Notes under the pieces: model-generated
What the model was told of the DNA's origin: nothing
The model's database searches: none
The model's input: only the letters and a program-made list of their open reading frames with translations
Translations under genes and position numbers: made by a program
Assembly: GCA_016930435.1 (NCBI GenBank)
Contig: JAFGGQ010000096.1
Location: forward strand, 2,662-66,661
Length of the DNA stretch: 64,000 nucleotides
From: a bacterium
GTDB lineage: Bacteria > UBP14 > UBA6098 > JAFGQG01
Direction: 5' to 3'
In this document: piece by piece, positions 1 through 10,266 of the stretch
Layout of the letters: every line of letters starts with the position of its first letter
How positions within the stretch are numbered: position 1 is the stretch's first letter

Positions 1-501
1 AAAGAGATTCATGGGGAAGCGCCTAACCATCTGGTTGAAGCCCTTCACTATCTCATTGTATCTCATGCGTTCTACGGCTATCCGGTTCTCGGTCCCGGCC
101 AGTTCATCCTGCAAACGGATAAAATTCTGGTTGGCTTTCAGTTCGGGGTAATTCTCAACTACCACCATTAAACGGCTGAGTGCTGCGGAAAGTTCCTGGT
201 TTGCCTCGATCTTCTCCGGGATGGTCGAAGCGCCGCCTACTTTCGATCTGGCTTCGGTTACCTGGATGAATACCTCCTTCTCGTGCTCGGCGTATCCCTT
301 TACCGTTTCCACGTAATTGGGGATCAGGTCAAAGCGCCGCTGAAGCTGATTCTCAACCTGTGCCCAGGCTCCCTTCACCTCTTCATCCGCGGTAACCAAA
401 CGGTTGTACATCCCAATACCAATTACTACTGCTATCAAACCAACGATCAGGACAATAGCCAGGATGATAAGAACGATCAACCCTGCTCCACCTCTTCTCA
501 T
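1..501 (-). CDS. lemA: LemA family protein (gene continues past window start; C-terminus missing)
   Basis: Reverse-strand translation from ATG at 501 gives MRRGGAGLIVLIILAIVLIVGLIAVVIGIGMYNRLVTADEEVKGAWAQVENQLQRRFDLIPNYVETVKGYAEHEKEVFIQVTEARSK..., typical LemA N-terminal TM helix plus conserved core; strong SD (AAGGAGG) upstream; not in ORF track because it runs off the window edge. Confidence 0.8.
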   Translation of the reverse strand, partial: MRRGGAGLIVLIILAIVLIVGLIAVVIGIGMYNRLVTADEEVKGAWAQVENQLQRRFDLIPNYVETVKGYAEHEKEVFIQVTEARSKVGGASTIPEKIEANQELSAALSRLMVVVENYPELKANQNFIRLQDELAGTENRIAVERMRYNEIVKGFNQMVRRFPMNLF

Positions 502-523
502 ATCTAACCTCCTTATTATTACA

Positions 524-1258
524 TTAATTATTGATCTTGTCAATCATATCTACCAGGTCTGCGATCTGGTGGATGTAAGTCTCCACCATACCCCGGGCTT
601 GTTCAGTTGATGGTTTAAGCTCACCTCTCTTAACGGCAAGTAAATTTTTAAAAAACTCGGTTTCGATCTGCGAGAACTCATCACAGGTTCGGGTAATCAC
701 CTCGTTATCATTAGAGGGAATCCCTATCCCCCGGTAAAAGAGCAATCCTCGGAATATTGAAGTGAAGGTACTCACCGAGTCCGAAATAAGCTGGAGTAAG
801 CGGCGCTTTTTTCCTCTGGTCTCCAGATAGTATTGGCGGAGCTTAAGCAATTTGCCCTTCAGTTCCCGTTCCAGTTGTAAACGCAGATCATTTTTATTAA
901 TGGTAATATCCTTCAGGATGTCCTCTCCGTAAATTAGCTGGTAATGGGCCTTGATGTTCAGAAACTCCAGTGGGAAGCTGTCCAGCGAATGGAGCACGTA
1001 AAATTTAGTAAAGAACAGGGGCATCGCCACCTTTTTTTTTCGCCAATTTTTAATGGTATCTATGATGGTATCCAGTTTTTCCATTCCTTTTCCGGTCAGG
1101 ACGATCATGAAGTTAATGTCCGATTTCCCCTTGATGTATTGTCCCCGGGCGGCGCTGCCGTAAAGGACAATAGAGACCAGTTCATCCCCGAATGCTTTTT
1201 TTAAATCCAGGGTAAATTCTTCCTTGATATGTTCTACTTTATCCGGTATTTTTGCCAT
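524..1258 (-). CDS. nucleotidyltransferase-fold domain protein (Pol-beta/MNT/KNTase-like)
   Basis: N-terminal ...VLYGSAARGQYIKGKSDINFMIV... = GS-x(9-12)-D-x-(D/N) minimal nucleotidyltransferase signature, followed by a helical C-terminal half; second acidic residue of DxD is Asn here. Confidence 0.55.
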   Translation of the reverse strand: MAKIPDKVEHIKEEFTLDLKKAFGDELVSIVLYGSAARGQYIKGKSDINFMIVLTGKGMEKLDTIIDTIKNWRKKKVAMPLFFTKFYVLHSLDSFPLEFLNIKAHYQLIYGEDILKDITINKNDLRLQLERELKGKLLKLRQYYLETRGKKRRLLQLISDSVSTFTSIFRGLLFYRGIGIPSNDNEVITRTCDEFSQIETEFFKNLLAVKRGELKPSTEQARGMVETYIHQIADLVDMIDKINN

Positions 1259-1295
1259 TATTTCACCTCTTTTATAGGGTAGTTATGTTTTCGGT

Positions 1296-2057
1296 TTAGT
1301 AGCTTCTGAATGACCCTCCGCCGCCGGACATTCCTCCGCCGAACCCGCCGAACCCGCCGGAGAACCCACCGCTGCTGAATCCGCCTCGTCCCCCGCTGCT
1401 CATTACTCCCAGGAGCAGCCATGGTAAAGCCCTTCCCCTGGTAACTATCATGATGATAATAAAAAGGATAATTATTGGGCAGCATCGCAGCCAGCTTCCC
1501 GGCGATGGATCGGAGCGGACCTCCGAAGGGGTCAGAGGCTCCGCCGCCTGACCGGTCAGTGTTACGCCCTGGTCCTCAGCAATCACCGTGGCCAGTGCCC
1601 TCATTCCCTGGTACAAACCATTGCCATAATCATCGTTTCGAAGGTAAGGGATCATATAGCGATCCTGGATTTCTCCGGTCAGCCCGTCTGGAAGTATCCC
1701 CTCCAGTCCATAGCCCACCTCGATACCGACACGCCGTGCTTGGATCACATCCAGGATCAATACGCCGTTGTCCTTGCCCTTTTCGCCGATGCCCCAGTGG
1801 GAAAAAAGCCGGTTGACATATTCCTCGGGAACATATCCGTCCACATTATCAATAGTCACCACGGCGATCTCGGCACCGGTTTTGCTCTTTAATTCGTTAG
1901 CCAGCGCCTCTATCCGTGTCTCGAAATCGGCCGGGATGACATTGGCAAAATCATTTACATAGCCCCGGTATTGTGGAAAATCCTGGCCCCTTAGCGTACT
2001 CAGCCAAATTAAAGCAAAGCAGAGTGTTATATACGGTAATAAATATCCTTTTTTCAC
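1296..2057 (-). CDS. TPM domain (YgcG-like) protein with C-terminal TM and Gly-rich tail
   Basis: Signal peptide, TPM-phosphatase-like core (YVNDFANVI...AEIAVVTI...GVLILD...GYGLEGILPD), TM helix, then GGFSSGGFSGGFGGFGGG tail; classic LemA-TPM neighbourhood. Confidence 0.8.
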   Translation of the reverse strand: MKKGYLLPYITLCFALIWLSTLRGQDFPQYRGYVNDFANVIPADFETRIEALANELKSKTGAEIAVVTIDNVDGYVPEEYVNRLFSHWGIGEKGKDNGVLILDVIQARRVGIEVGYGLEGILPDGLTGEIQDRYMIPYLRNDDYGNGLYQGMRALATVIAEDQGVTLTGQAAEPLTPSEVRSDPSPGSWLRCCPIIILFIIIMIVTRGRALPWLLLGVMSSGGRGGFSSGGFSGGFGGFGGGMSGGGGSFRSY

Positions 2058-2154
2058 CTTTAAGCTCCCAATTTAATAATACTATTTGTAAGACTAAACT
2101 ATATTTTATGCAATTTTACAGGATTTGCAAGATAAAATTTGGGCAAAAATAAGC

Positions 2155-3846
2155 TTAGGTTTCAATCTTGCTGACCGCGGCCAGTCCCAGCCTGAGGGGA
2201 ACAATGGTAGCCACAGCGTTTATGAGGACGGTAGCGATTATCCCGAAGATGATGGCGTGGCCGGGGTATTTGCCCTGAAAGATCAGGTAAAGGCCGTATT
2301 TGTGGGTTGGGATAGCCAGAACAACAACGATGAGGCCCACATAAACCAGGCTGATCAGGGCGGCGATCATTCCCCCGCCTGATGAAGCGATCTTGCCGGG
2401 GTTGTCCTCCTCGAAGCTGGGGAATAATATCCCCAGGCCTACCGAGAGGGATGTCAGGGAAATACTCATCAAAAAGATGCCGATGGCTGTCAGGGCAGTC
2501 ATGAAGCCGCTTTGGGCCAGCATAACGTTGGATAATATTGCTACGAATTCGGCCAGAAGAAAGAAGATCAGGAATGCTACCCAAAATTTTTCCCAGAAGA
2601 GCCTGCGGGGCGACATTGGGGAGGAAAGAATTGACCAGAAACTCTTCCCCTCCAGGCTGATTGACGGATAAACGAAACGCACCGATAGCGTAGCCAGGAT
2701 ATATCCGCAGAATGCAAAATTCCCAAAGGTGGTAATGGTCTGCCAGAAACGGTCATCGATACGTCGTGGAACTATTCGCAGATTGACCAGGTAGAGTATC
2801 AGGAGCACCATCAGGATTGTAAACTGTGACCACTGGTTGGGGCTGCGCAGGAACAGTCGGATGTCCTTGACCATTAATACCCTCATATCCTTTGGGAAAG
2901 GGAACAGGATAGTCCAGAGGAATCCCCTTTGAGGCTTAAGTTTTTTAGCCCGTTTGTTTTTTCTTGAGATAATCTCGGCGGCGGCCAGCCAACTGGGGAA
3001 GTAGATCTTTTTTACTGCTTCACGGAGCAGTACCCATCCCGCCGCAGCGGTGCTTATCAGGCAGAGGGAATAGAAGACCAGATCGGGTACAGAGCTGTTC
3101 CGGGCCGCTTTGAGGGCTTCTGAGATCCAGACATTGGGCAGATAGGGAAAAGAAGAGCTACCCAATTGCCTCAGGTAATAATTCAGCACGTAGAGGTTCC
3201 CCTCTACATTCAGGAGCAGTTGACTTGATAGGCCGGTTTTCAGGTAGAATACAGCGGCAGCAGCGCCCAGCAGTATAAAAAGAAAGACGGTCCAGCCCAT
3301 CTTGATCTTCCGGGTGGTAAGGAAAAGCAACATGCTGAAGAAGGAGCCCAGATAGGCGGGGATAAGCAGAAAAGGGATGAAGATGATCAATCCCATAAGG
3401 GGATAGTAGAACCAGGCCAGGTTATGGACTACGCAATAAGCTACAAAGAGGGGTACTCCCACTACCAGTGTAGCCCAGGAACTGTAAAACAGATTATCCA
3501 TGAATTTTATTCGGAACACATGTTCGCGGGTCATCGGTGTGGAAAGCAGGTACTGGGTTTCGGGTGACCGGAAAAGGGTAGAAATAGAGCTGATGATGTT
3601 GCTGATTATTAGCATGATCCCGAAGGCCAGGAATCCCAGGGAAAGGGCTTTGTCGATGAGCAGTAACCCTATGTCCTCCACGGTCACCAGGTAGTTAAAT
3701 ATGGAATGGAAGAACCAGTAACTCCCGGCAAGGAAGAGTCCAAGAACGATGAATCCTACGATGATCTTTGCCGTTTGGCCCTTTTCCTTCTTGAAAATTG
3801 CCCGAAAGAGCAGCTTTGATTTGGTTTTCATTATATGGTCAAACAT
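2155..3846 (-). CDS. ABC-2-type transporter permease (polytopic membrane protein)
   Basis: 563 aa, about 12 hydrophobic helices, start overlaps stop of upstream ABC ATPase (3846/3848), so translationally coupled. Confidence 0.6.
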   Translation of the reverse strand: MFDHIMKTKSKLLFRAIFKKEKGQTAKIIVGFIVLGLFLAGSYWFFHSIFNYLVTVEDIGLLLIDKALSLGFLAFGIMLIISNIISSISTLFRSPETQYLLSTPMTREHVFRIKFMDNLFYSSWATLVVGVPLFVAYCVVHNLAWFYYPLMGLIIFIPFLLIPAYLGSFFSMLLFLTTRKIKMGWTVFLFILLGAAAAVFYLKTGLSSQLLLNVEGNLYVLNYYLRQLGSSSFPYLPNVWISEALKAARNSSVPDLVFYSLCLISTAAAGWVLLREAVKKIYFPSWLAAAEIISRKNKRAKKLKPQRGFLWTILFPFPKDMRVLMVKDIRLFLRSPNQWSQFTILMVLLILYLVNLRIVPRRIDDRFWQTITTFGNFAFCGYILATLSVRFVYPSISLEGKSFWSILSSPMSPRRLFWEKFWVAFLIFFLLAEFVAILSNVMLAQSGFMTALTAIGIFLMSISLTSLSVGLGILFPSFEEDNPGKIASSGGGMIAALISLVYVGLIVVVLAIPTHKYGLYLIFQGKYPGHAIIFGIIATVLINAVATIVPLRLGLAAVSKIET

Positions 3847-3847
3847 A

Positions 3848-4630
3848 TTAATCCGCTATTTGTGGTTGGAAATTATCTTCACCGGGTTCCGGGAACCATA
3901 CTTCCCGTTGCCCCCCTGTCAGGGAAAGGAACAGGTCTTCCAGGTTTTTCCCTTCCATTCGGGCCTCTTTCCGGATTTCGTCGAGAGTTCCCAGCTTCAA
4001 CAATTTACCATGATTAATGACCCCGATGCGGGTACATATCTCCTGCGCTACCGCCAGGGTGTGGGTGGACATGAACACGGTGATTCCCCGTTCGGCAAGT
4101 TTCCGGAGCACTTCCTTTACCAGTTTTTGGCTCTGGGGGTCCAGTCCTACCATGGGTTCATCGATGACGATGATCTCAGGGTCATGCACCAAGGCGGAGG
4201 CAAAGACCACCTTTTGCTTCATACCGTGCGAATATTCGGCGGCAATAAAATCCCGCCATTCATCTATACCAAAGAGGTCAAAAAGCCATTCCATTCTGGC
4301 TTCAATGGTTTTCCTGTCCATTTTGTACAGCCCTCCCACCAGGTGCAAAAACTCCCGGCCGGTCAGGCGCTCATAAATAAAGGGACTGTCCGGGATGTAG
4401 CCTACCAATTGTTTGGCCCGTTCCGGCTCCTGTTGAACATTTATGCCCTTCAGAAATACCTTGCCCCGGGTGGGTTTGATCAGCCCCGTGATCATCTTGA
4501 TAGTTGTTGTTTTTCCCGCGCCGTTAGGCCCGATAAAACCGAATAGCTCCCCGGGTGAGATCTCGAGATCAAGATCCTTGACCGCAATTACATCACCGTA
4601 ATTCTTGGTAACATTCTTAAAGCTTATCAT
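3848..4630 (-). CDS. ABC transporter ATP-binding protein
   Basis: Walker A GPNGAGKTT, Q-loop, signature/Walker B ...VIVIDEPMVGLD, H-loop. Confidence 0.9.
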   Translation of the reverse strand: MISFKNVTKNYGDVIAVKDLDLEISPGELFGFIGPNGAGKTTTIKMITGLIKPTRGKVFLKGINVQQEPERAKQLVGYIPDSPFIYERLTGREFLHLVGGLYKMDRKTIEARMEWLFDLFGIDEWRDFIAAEYSHGMKQKVVFASALVHDPEIIVIDEPMVGLDPQSQKLVKEVLRKLAERGITVFMSTHTLAVAQEICTRIGVINHGKLLKLGTLDEIRKEARMEGKNLEDLFLSLTGGQREVWFPEPGEDNFQPQIAD

Positions 4631-4713
4631 AAGTCATTGTTCCCTGTGTTTATATTTGATATTATCAACTCTATAAAATAATGCTATTTTACTAAGTATT
4701 GTTTCGTGTTTTA

Positions 4714-6201
4714 TTACTGCTGGTGATAGGACAGTTTGAATTCAGGGTCAGTGCTGAATTCCAATACACTGATCTTAATCACTCCGATCCGCAATAATTG
4801 GATCTGTTTCTGAAGGTTACCGGATACCAGTTTAATGTGGGTTGCATCGGCTGGATTCTGGCGGAGGGTGGCGTCGAAGGTATGCCAGCTCCCGTTGGCA
4901 TAGGCCTGGTTCCACATGTGGTAGAAGAACTTTTCTTCCATGTAGAGCACCCCGGTATTCAGGGTGGTGGGGATGCCCAGCGACCGTGCAAGGGCGGTGA
5001 AAAGAATAGCATGCTCATTACAATCCCCCTTGCGTTTATTCAGGATCTCCACGGCATAGGGAATGGAAAGGGTATAGGATTTTTCGATGTTTTCAAAAAG
5101 CCAGTTATTGATTGCCCGGAGCATCTCCAGAGTATCTGTAATTCCGGCGGTGATCTCCCGGGCACTTGAGTGTATGCGTTGGTCTTCCACCTGTATAAAG
5201 GGGTCGGTGGCCAGGTAGGTAGAATCCGGTGCCGCACCCCCTTCAAACCCGGGACTGTAAATCTCCAGTGTCCCGCTTTGTGAATCGTATCTCTGGTTAA
5301 AATCATTCAGTTCGAAAAGGGTATGCTGAAGCTTTTCTACCTTCAGCTTCAGATAGACCACCTCCCGGGGTTCGGGGATAAGGCTGTCGGCAGGAATGGC
5401 AAAATCCCGGAGGAGATCGTCGGAACCCTTTTTATTCATGGTAAAAGAAAGAGCATCGTCCCGGGTGGTGCGGTAGAGCGAGAACCCCTCGCCGGCCTTC
5501 TCGATGATAAGGTCGCCATCCTCTTCGATCCACATCTCGCTCATGAATCCGCTGAAATAAAGGTAAACATGGTAAACCGGCAGTTCCGTGCCGAACTTCT
5601 GGGGATCATATTTCCGGAAGACCTGAACCAGATAAGTAGAGGGGGCCATCGTGAACGGGTCGAAGGTATTGATCCGGAATTCGGTTGGGATAAATTTATG
5701 CATGGCTAAGAATTCGGGGATAAGCGCCGGGGCAAAAAGCTCACCATCCACTGGGATTGTAAGATGATCATCCTTCTCCCCGGAGGTAACACCCAATTTC
5801 AGTTCATTACCCCGTTTCACTCCATTAGTCATGACCTCGTAGTCCTCGGAAGAAAAGGTAAAGTTGAAGGTTCTGATGGAAAAGGCGGAATCCACGGTAT
5901 AGATACCCTCCATCAGGATTTCCTGAAGCACTCCGCCCACGGGGAGGCGGAGGTATGTGGTTTCATTGACCAGAAATAGGTTCCCGGTGGCCTGTATAAC
6001 CTTGTTGGAATAGCCTATTTTTTCGTCTTTAAGGGTGATGGAATGCCATTCCTCCTTTTGGATCTGCCCTACTTCCACTACGTTGAGCCCGGTAGAGAGA
6101 GGGAGATCTGCCCGGTTGGTCCGCTGGTTCAGCAGTATCATCATGCTTACCCACCAGAGTACAAGGGCTATCGAGAATGCTTTCGTGATTACTTTTTTCA
6201 A
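4714..6201 (-). CDS. transglutaminase-like domain protein (membrane-anchored)
   Basis: N-terminal TM; C-terminal Cys-His-Asp triad region ...RKGDCNEHAILFTALARSLGIP...YHMWNQAY...WHTFDAT typical of transglutaminase-like cysteine peptidase superfamily. Confidence 0.75.
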   Translation of the reverse strand: MKKVITKAFSIALVLWWVSMMILLNQRTNRADLPLSTGLNVVEVGQIQKEEWHSITLKDEKIGYSNKVIQATGNLFLVNETTYLRLPVGGVLQEILMEGIYTVDSAFSIRTFNFTFSSEDYEVMTNGVKRGNELKLGVTSGEKDDHLTIPVDGELFAPALIPEFLAMHKFIPTEFRINTFDPFTMAPSTYLVQVFRKYDPQKFGTELPVYHVYLYFSGFMSEMWIEEDGDLIIEKAGEGFSLYRTTRDDALSFTMNKKGSDDLLRDFAIPADSLIPEPREVVYLKLKVEKLQHTLFELNDFNQRYDSQSGTLEIYSPGFEGGAAPDSTYLATDPFIQVEDQRIHSSAREITAGITDTLEMLRAINNWLFENIEKSYTLSIPYAVEILNKRKGDCNEHAILFTALARSLGIPTTLNTGVLYMEEKFFYHMWNQAYANGSWHTFDATLRQNPADATHIKLVSGNLQKQIQLLRIGVIKISVLEFSTDPEFKLSYHQQ

Positions 6202-6213
6202 GTACAGTTTCCT

Positions 6214-6621
6214 TTAGTTGCTTACATCATCCACGATATTAGTGAGTTTCCCGTTATGGTCGATACGCCAGACATCTTCAGTAATATCATTGTCAATGTT
6301 GCCCCTGGCTTCAGCGATAAAAGCATCGGCTGTGGCCGACCTGACGGTGAGCTCATAGTACCTTCCGCTGAGCATATAAGAGAGCTCTCCGATATCGTCG
6401 GTGTAGGCACCGTTCATAGCATGATAGGCGGCTTCTTTTTGATATAGCGCCTGAAGCATGGTTTTGGCTTCTATCTGGATAGTCCGAACCGCGCCCTTCT
6501 GCATGGGCTGCTCGTATATCAAGTCCTCCGCCTTTTCAGCCTTTTCCTGGGGCTTAAAAAAAATAAAATATGCAGCAATAAAAAGCGCTATAATTATTGT
6601 AAAGTATATAACCGCCCTCAT
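6214..6621 (-). CDS. hypothetical membrane-anchored protein (pilin-fold-like?)
   Basis: ORF 6214..6660; preferred start is internal ATG at 6621 (MRAVIYFTIIIALF...) which has AGGAGG 6 nt upstream; single N-terminal TM then soluble domain. Confidence 0.5.
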   Translation of the reverse strand: MRAVIYFTIIIALFIAAYFIFFKPQEKAEKAEDLIYEQPMQKGAVRTIQIEAKTMLQALYQKEAAYHAMNGAYTDDIGELSYMLSGRYYELTVRSATADAFIAEARGNIDNDITEDVWRIDHNGKLTNIVDDVSN

Positions 6622-7106
6622 CTTTGACCTCCTGGTTAAAGGCTGAACTGTTTTGCGCACTATAATTATACAAAAAACATCCTTTATGTCAATTTATGTA
6701 TTGAAATATCTGCGGGAATAAATAATCAGGGGACAGAAAAGGATGAATTTATAAAACGGGAACGTTTTTTTCAAGTCGGAAGCGATATCCGGATATTCAA
6801 CAATCAAACCGCCCGGTTTGTTATTGGTAAACCCCATTAACCACTGGTGATAATACAATACCAGGCTGTTGCCCCGCATAGGTTTATCTATATATACGTT
6901 ATGGAGGGAGGGGTCCCAAAAAACTGGCCTGTTGGGGGGCACAATATTCCCTGAAAGCTTTTAAATAACGCATAGCGGCAGAACTATCTACACTAATGGT
7001 CATCCGGTCCGGGGGGCTGCCGCACCCCTGGCCACTATTCCCTTGACTTCAGGGAAAAATATAATAAAATGTACTTTTTAAATATTTTACGATTAAAAGG
7101 AATCTA

Positions 7107-8411
7107 ATGCGCAATGCCGGTCTTAAAATAATCATTCTGCTCCTTTTTTGGGGGATACTGGTAATCCCTTCGCGGGGGGATACCGACTCAAACTGGGTTT
7201 ATACCGACGGAAATAAGCTATTCCAGATTCACCAGCCCTTTCAGAACATCTCCCCGGCGCGGAGGGCCATGATCGCCAATACCAAACTTGCCAAGATCAT
7301 CCAGGACCCCCATCAACCCCTCGACCAGCTTATCCTGGAGGTCACCGATTCATTTCATACTATAATCATCGGCCCCGCTAAAGTGCTCACCATAGGCGAT
7401 GCGGATACCCTGGGCACAGGACTGACCTCCGAACAGATCGCCCGGGATTGGCATAATAAGATACGGGAAGGTGTACTGGCCGCACGGGGAAAATATACGT
7501 CCTGGCAAACATGGTCCAAGATGATCATGGCTGTCTTGCTACCCTTTATATTCATTATTGTAATATGGCTACTTCATCTGGTCTTTAAAAAGGCATCCCG
7601 TAAACTGGTGAATATGGAAGGTGGAAAAATCAAGGGGGTGAGGTTCAAGGAAAAAATCCTGATCTCCGGAAAAAACATGGTGATCTTCATAATAAAGGCA
7701 CTACGGGTCGTCAAATGGATACTATACCTGATTACCTTCTATACCTTCCTGATCATATTCTTCAATATATTCTCGCCCACAAAGACTTATACCCAGACAC
7801 TCATCCAGTTGACCGGTGGGTTAATCCGGGATATCGGGAATTTCCTGCTGGACTTCTCAAAGCCCTTTCTGGGGGCCATATTACTGCTCCTTATAGGCCG
7901 CTATCTCTTCAAACTGGTAAATTACCTCTTTCACCGGGTGAAGGATAATCAGATAGAAGTGGAGCAGGTCCCCCCGGAATTGCTTACCCCCCTTCGCCGG
8001 CTGATCAAAGGGATCATCGCCTTCCTGATCATTATCGGGATTCTCCTGCTTATACCCGGCTTCGAAGGGCCTTTCGCATGCACCTTCTTCGGATTACTGG
8101 TAGCCTTCTTTCTTTTAATTGCCGCCCGGCCGACTATGAGTATCCTGGCCTGTTTTACCCTCCTCCTTCTGGAGGAGATCAAACTGAACGACATCATCGA
8201 GTTCGAGGGAATGAAGGGCAAGATTGTAGGTGTAAACATTCTTTTCATCAGGCTTGAACTGAGGGACCCCGAGATAACAGCAGACATGAACCAGGAGACC
8301 AGGACAACCCACAGCATCTTGATACCCAACTATAGATTATTGAAGGGGGCATTCTCCCGAAAACGAACCGAGGTCATTGATGTTATCAGTAAAAATGAGA
8401 GAAATAGTTAA
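7107..8411 (+). CDS. mechanosensitive ion channel (MscS family) protein
   Basis: Multiple TM helices then MscS beta-domain motif ...EGMKGKIVGVNILFIRLELRDPEITADMNQETRTTHSILIPN... Confidence 0.75.
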   Translation: MRNAGLKIIILLLFWGILVIPSRGDTDSNWVYTDGNKLFQIHQPFQNISPARRAMIANTKLAKIIQDPHQPLDQLILEVTDSFHTIIIGPAKVLTIGDADTLGTGLTSEQIARDWHNKIREGVLAARGKYTSWQTWSKMIMAVLLPFIFIIVIWLLHLVFKKASRKLVNMEGGKIKGVRFKEKILISGKNMVIFIIKALRVVKWILYLITFYTFLIIFFNIFSPTKTYTQTLIQLTGGLIRDIGNFLLDFSKPFLGAILLLLIGRYLFKLVNYLFHRVKDNQIEVEQVPPELLTPLRRLIKGIIAFLIIIGILLLIPGFEGPFACTFFGLLVAFFLLIAARPTMSILACFTLLLLEEIKLNDIIEFEGMKGKIVGVNILFIRLELRDPEITADMNQETRTTHSILIPNYRLLKGAFSRKRTEVIDVISKNERNS

Positions 8412-10257
8412 TTATAAGCGCTTGCTGGGCAGCGCCCTGTTGGCTGTGCTTTTGAGTTGTTCGCTGGTCTATTCAAATCAGTCGAAATACTGGGTCTTTT
8501 TCCGGGATAAAGGCCATCAAGGCGCTGCGGAATTGGAGGCTGCCCTGGCTGAATATGTCCATCAGCTTCCCGAACGGACCATCCGGCGGCTGGAAAAAGT
8601 GCGCAGTCAGGAAAACCTGGTGACCTATGAGGACCTTCCCCCATACCTGGAATATGTGAAAGCCATCGGAAATTCAGGGGCTGTTATTCATAGGCGCTCC
8701 CGCTGGTTCAACGGGGTTAGCGTTTCGGCCAGTGCTGCCCTGCTTAATGATATAGCTCAGTTTTCATTTGTAAGGGAAATTACCCCGGTAGTTTTTTATG
8801 GCCTCGGGGAGAGGCAGGAGGAGGCCGCCCCGCCAGGGTTATACCGGACCATCTTCACCCATTTTCTGGACTACGGGGTTTCCCTGGACCAGCTAAACCA
8901 GATCAATGTGCCTCCCCTCCACGAGCTTGGAATAAACGGGCAATCGGTACTGGTCTGCATGATGGATACCGGTTACAGAACATCCCACCGGGCATTCGAT
9001 TCCGCGGAAGTATTTGCCGCTTATGATTTTATCGATTCTGACAGCATAGTTTATGAGGAAGAGGGGGACTGGCCCAATCAGATGAACCATGGGACTATGA
9101 CCTGGTCCGCCCTTTGCGGCATCTTCCCCGGATATCTCTATGGACCCGCCTATGGGGCATCCTTCCTGCTGGCCAGGACGGAGGACCTCAGTCAGGAGAT
9201 GCCTATTGAGGAGGACAACTGGATTGCGGCAATGGAATGGGCGGACAGCCTGGGCGCCGAAGTGATCAACAGCTCACTGGGCTACCTCCGCTGGGATGAT
9301 GCTACCGGTTATGAATATTCCGATTTGGACGGTAATACTGCGCGAATCACCGTGGCTTCGGACATGGCTGCCGAGCGGGGAATAATAGTATGCACTTCAG
9401 CGGGTAATTCCGGCTCTGCCCCGGGCAGCCTGGTTACACCCGCCGATGCGGACAGCACCATTGCAGTAGGAGCAGTAGGAAGCAACGACTCCATAATGAC
9501 CTTCAGTTCCAGGGGCCCCACCGCGGACGGTAGGATAAAACCTACCTTGGTAGCCCGTGGTTCCGGTACCGCCTGCGCTACCGCATGGTCAGATGATGCA
9601 CTCGGCTCTGCGGGTGGAACCTCACTTTCCAGTCCACTGATCGCCGGCGGCTGCGCCCTTATATTGCAGGTTCATCCCGGCTGGACGCCCATGCAGGTTA
9701 TCGAAGCCCTTACCGCCACAGCCAATCTTTCCACCACTCCGAATAACGCCTATGGATGGGGTTTGCCCGATCTGCTGGGGGCTATCAGCTACCCACAAAA
9801 CGATTCCTGTACAATTTCCCTTTTTGAGGGGTGGAACATGATCGCACTACCCATTTCCGAGCCCATAAGCCCAGCGGAAAGCATCCTCCCCGAAGCCATC
9901 GGAGGGCTCTTCCACTATGACCCGGAACTTCATTCGTACTACCTGACGGATACCCTCTACCCGGGTAAGGCTTATTTTATACTTTATCCCGACGACCGGT
10001 TGATTACGTTGGAGTGTGCTATAGCCGATTCAATAGAAATTCACCTTCAGGAGGGGTGGAACATGATCGGGGGTATCCGGGCCCGGGTACCATGGGAGTC
10101 ATTCGAAACCCTGCCCCCTCATTCGCTGCTGCCCGGAAGCCTGTTCGATTTTAATCCCCTAACACTGCGATATGAATTAAAAAACGCGGTTCAGCCCGGA
10201 AGAGGATTCTGGGTTTTTGCTTTAAACGAATGCCGCTTAATAATCCACTTACCATAG
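8380..10257 (+). CDS. S8 family (subtilisin-like) serine peptidase, secreted
   Basis: Catalytic Asp (VCMMDTGY), His (NHGTMTWS), Ser (GGTSLSSPLIAGG); signal peptide; ATG at 8380 preceded by GAGG; ORF track start 8377 is TTG. Confidence 0.9.
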   Translation: MLSVKMREIVNYKRLLGSALLAVLLSCSLVYSNQSKYWVFFRDKGHQGAAELEAALAEYVHQLPERTIRRLEKVRSQENLVTYEDLPPYLEYVKAIGNSGAVIHRRSRWFNGVSVSASAALLNDIAQFSFVREITPVVFYGLGERQEEAAPPGLYRTIFTHFLDYGVSLDQLNQINVPPLHELGINGQSVLVCMMDTGYRTSHRAFDSAEVFAAYDFIDSDSIVYEEEGDWPNQMNHGTMTWSALCGIFPGYLYGPAYGASFLLARTEDLSQEMPIEEDNWIAAMEWADSLGAEVINSSLGYLRWDDATGYEYSDLDGNTARITVASDMAAERGIIVCTSAGNSGSAPGSLVTPADADSTIAVGAVGSNDSIMTFSSRGPTADGRIKPTLVARGSGTACATAWSDDALGSAGGTSLSSPLIAGGCALILQVHPGWTPMQVIEALTATANLSTTPNNAYGWGLPDLLGAISYPQNDSCTISLFEGWNMIALPISEPISPAESILPEAIGGLFHYDPELHSYYLTDTLYPGKAYFILYPDDRLITLECAIADSIEIHLQEGWNMIGGIRARVPWESFETLPPHSLLPGSLFDFNPLTLRYELKNAVQPGRGFWVFALNECRLIIHLP

Positions 10258-10266
10258 TAAAATAAG

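Noticed and set aside
6694-6942. ORF 6694..6942 (-), 82 aa
   Set aside because: It has no recognisable motif or RBS and sits in an AT-rich intergenic promoter region. It is possibly a remnant, but unsupported.
7043-7065. A sigma70-like promoter for the MscS gene (TTGACT ... TATAAT)
   Set aside because: The spacing between the best hexamers is only 11 nt. Alternative -10 hexamers at the proper spacing are poor. It is not reported as a feature.
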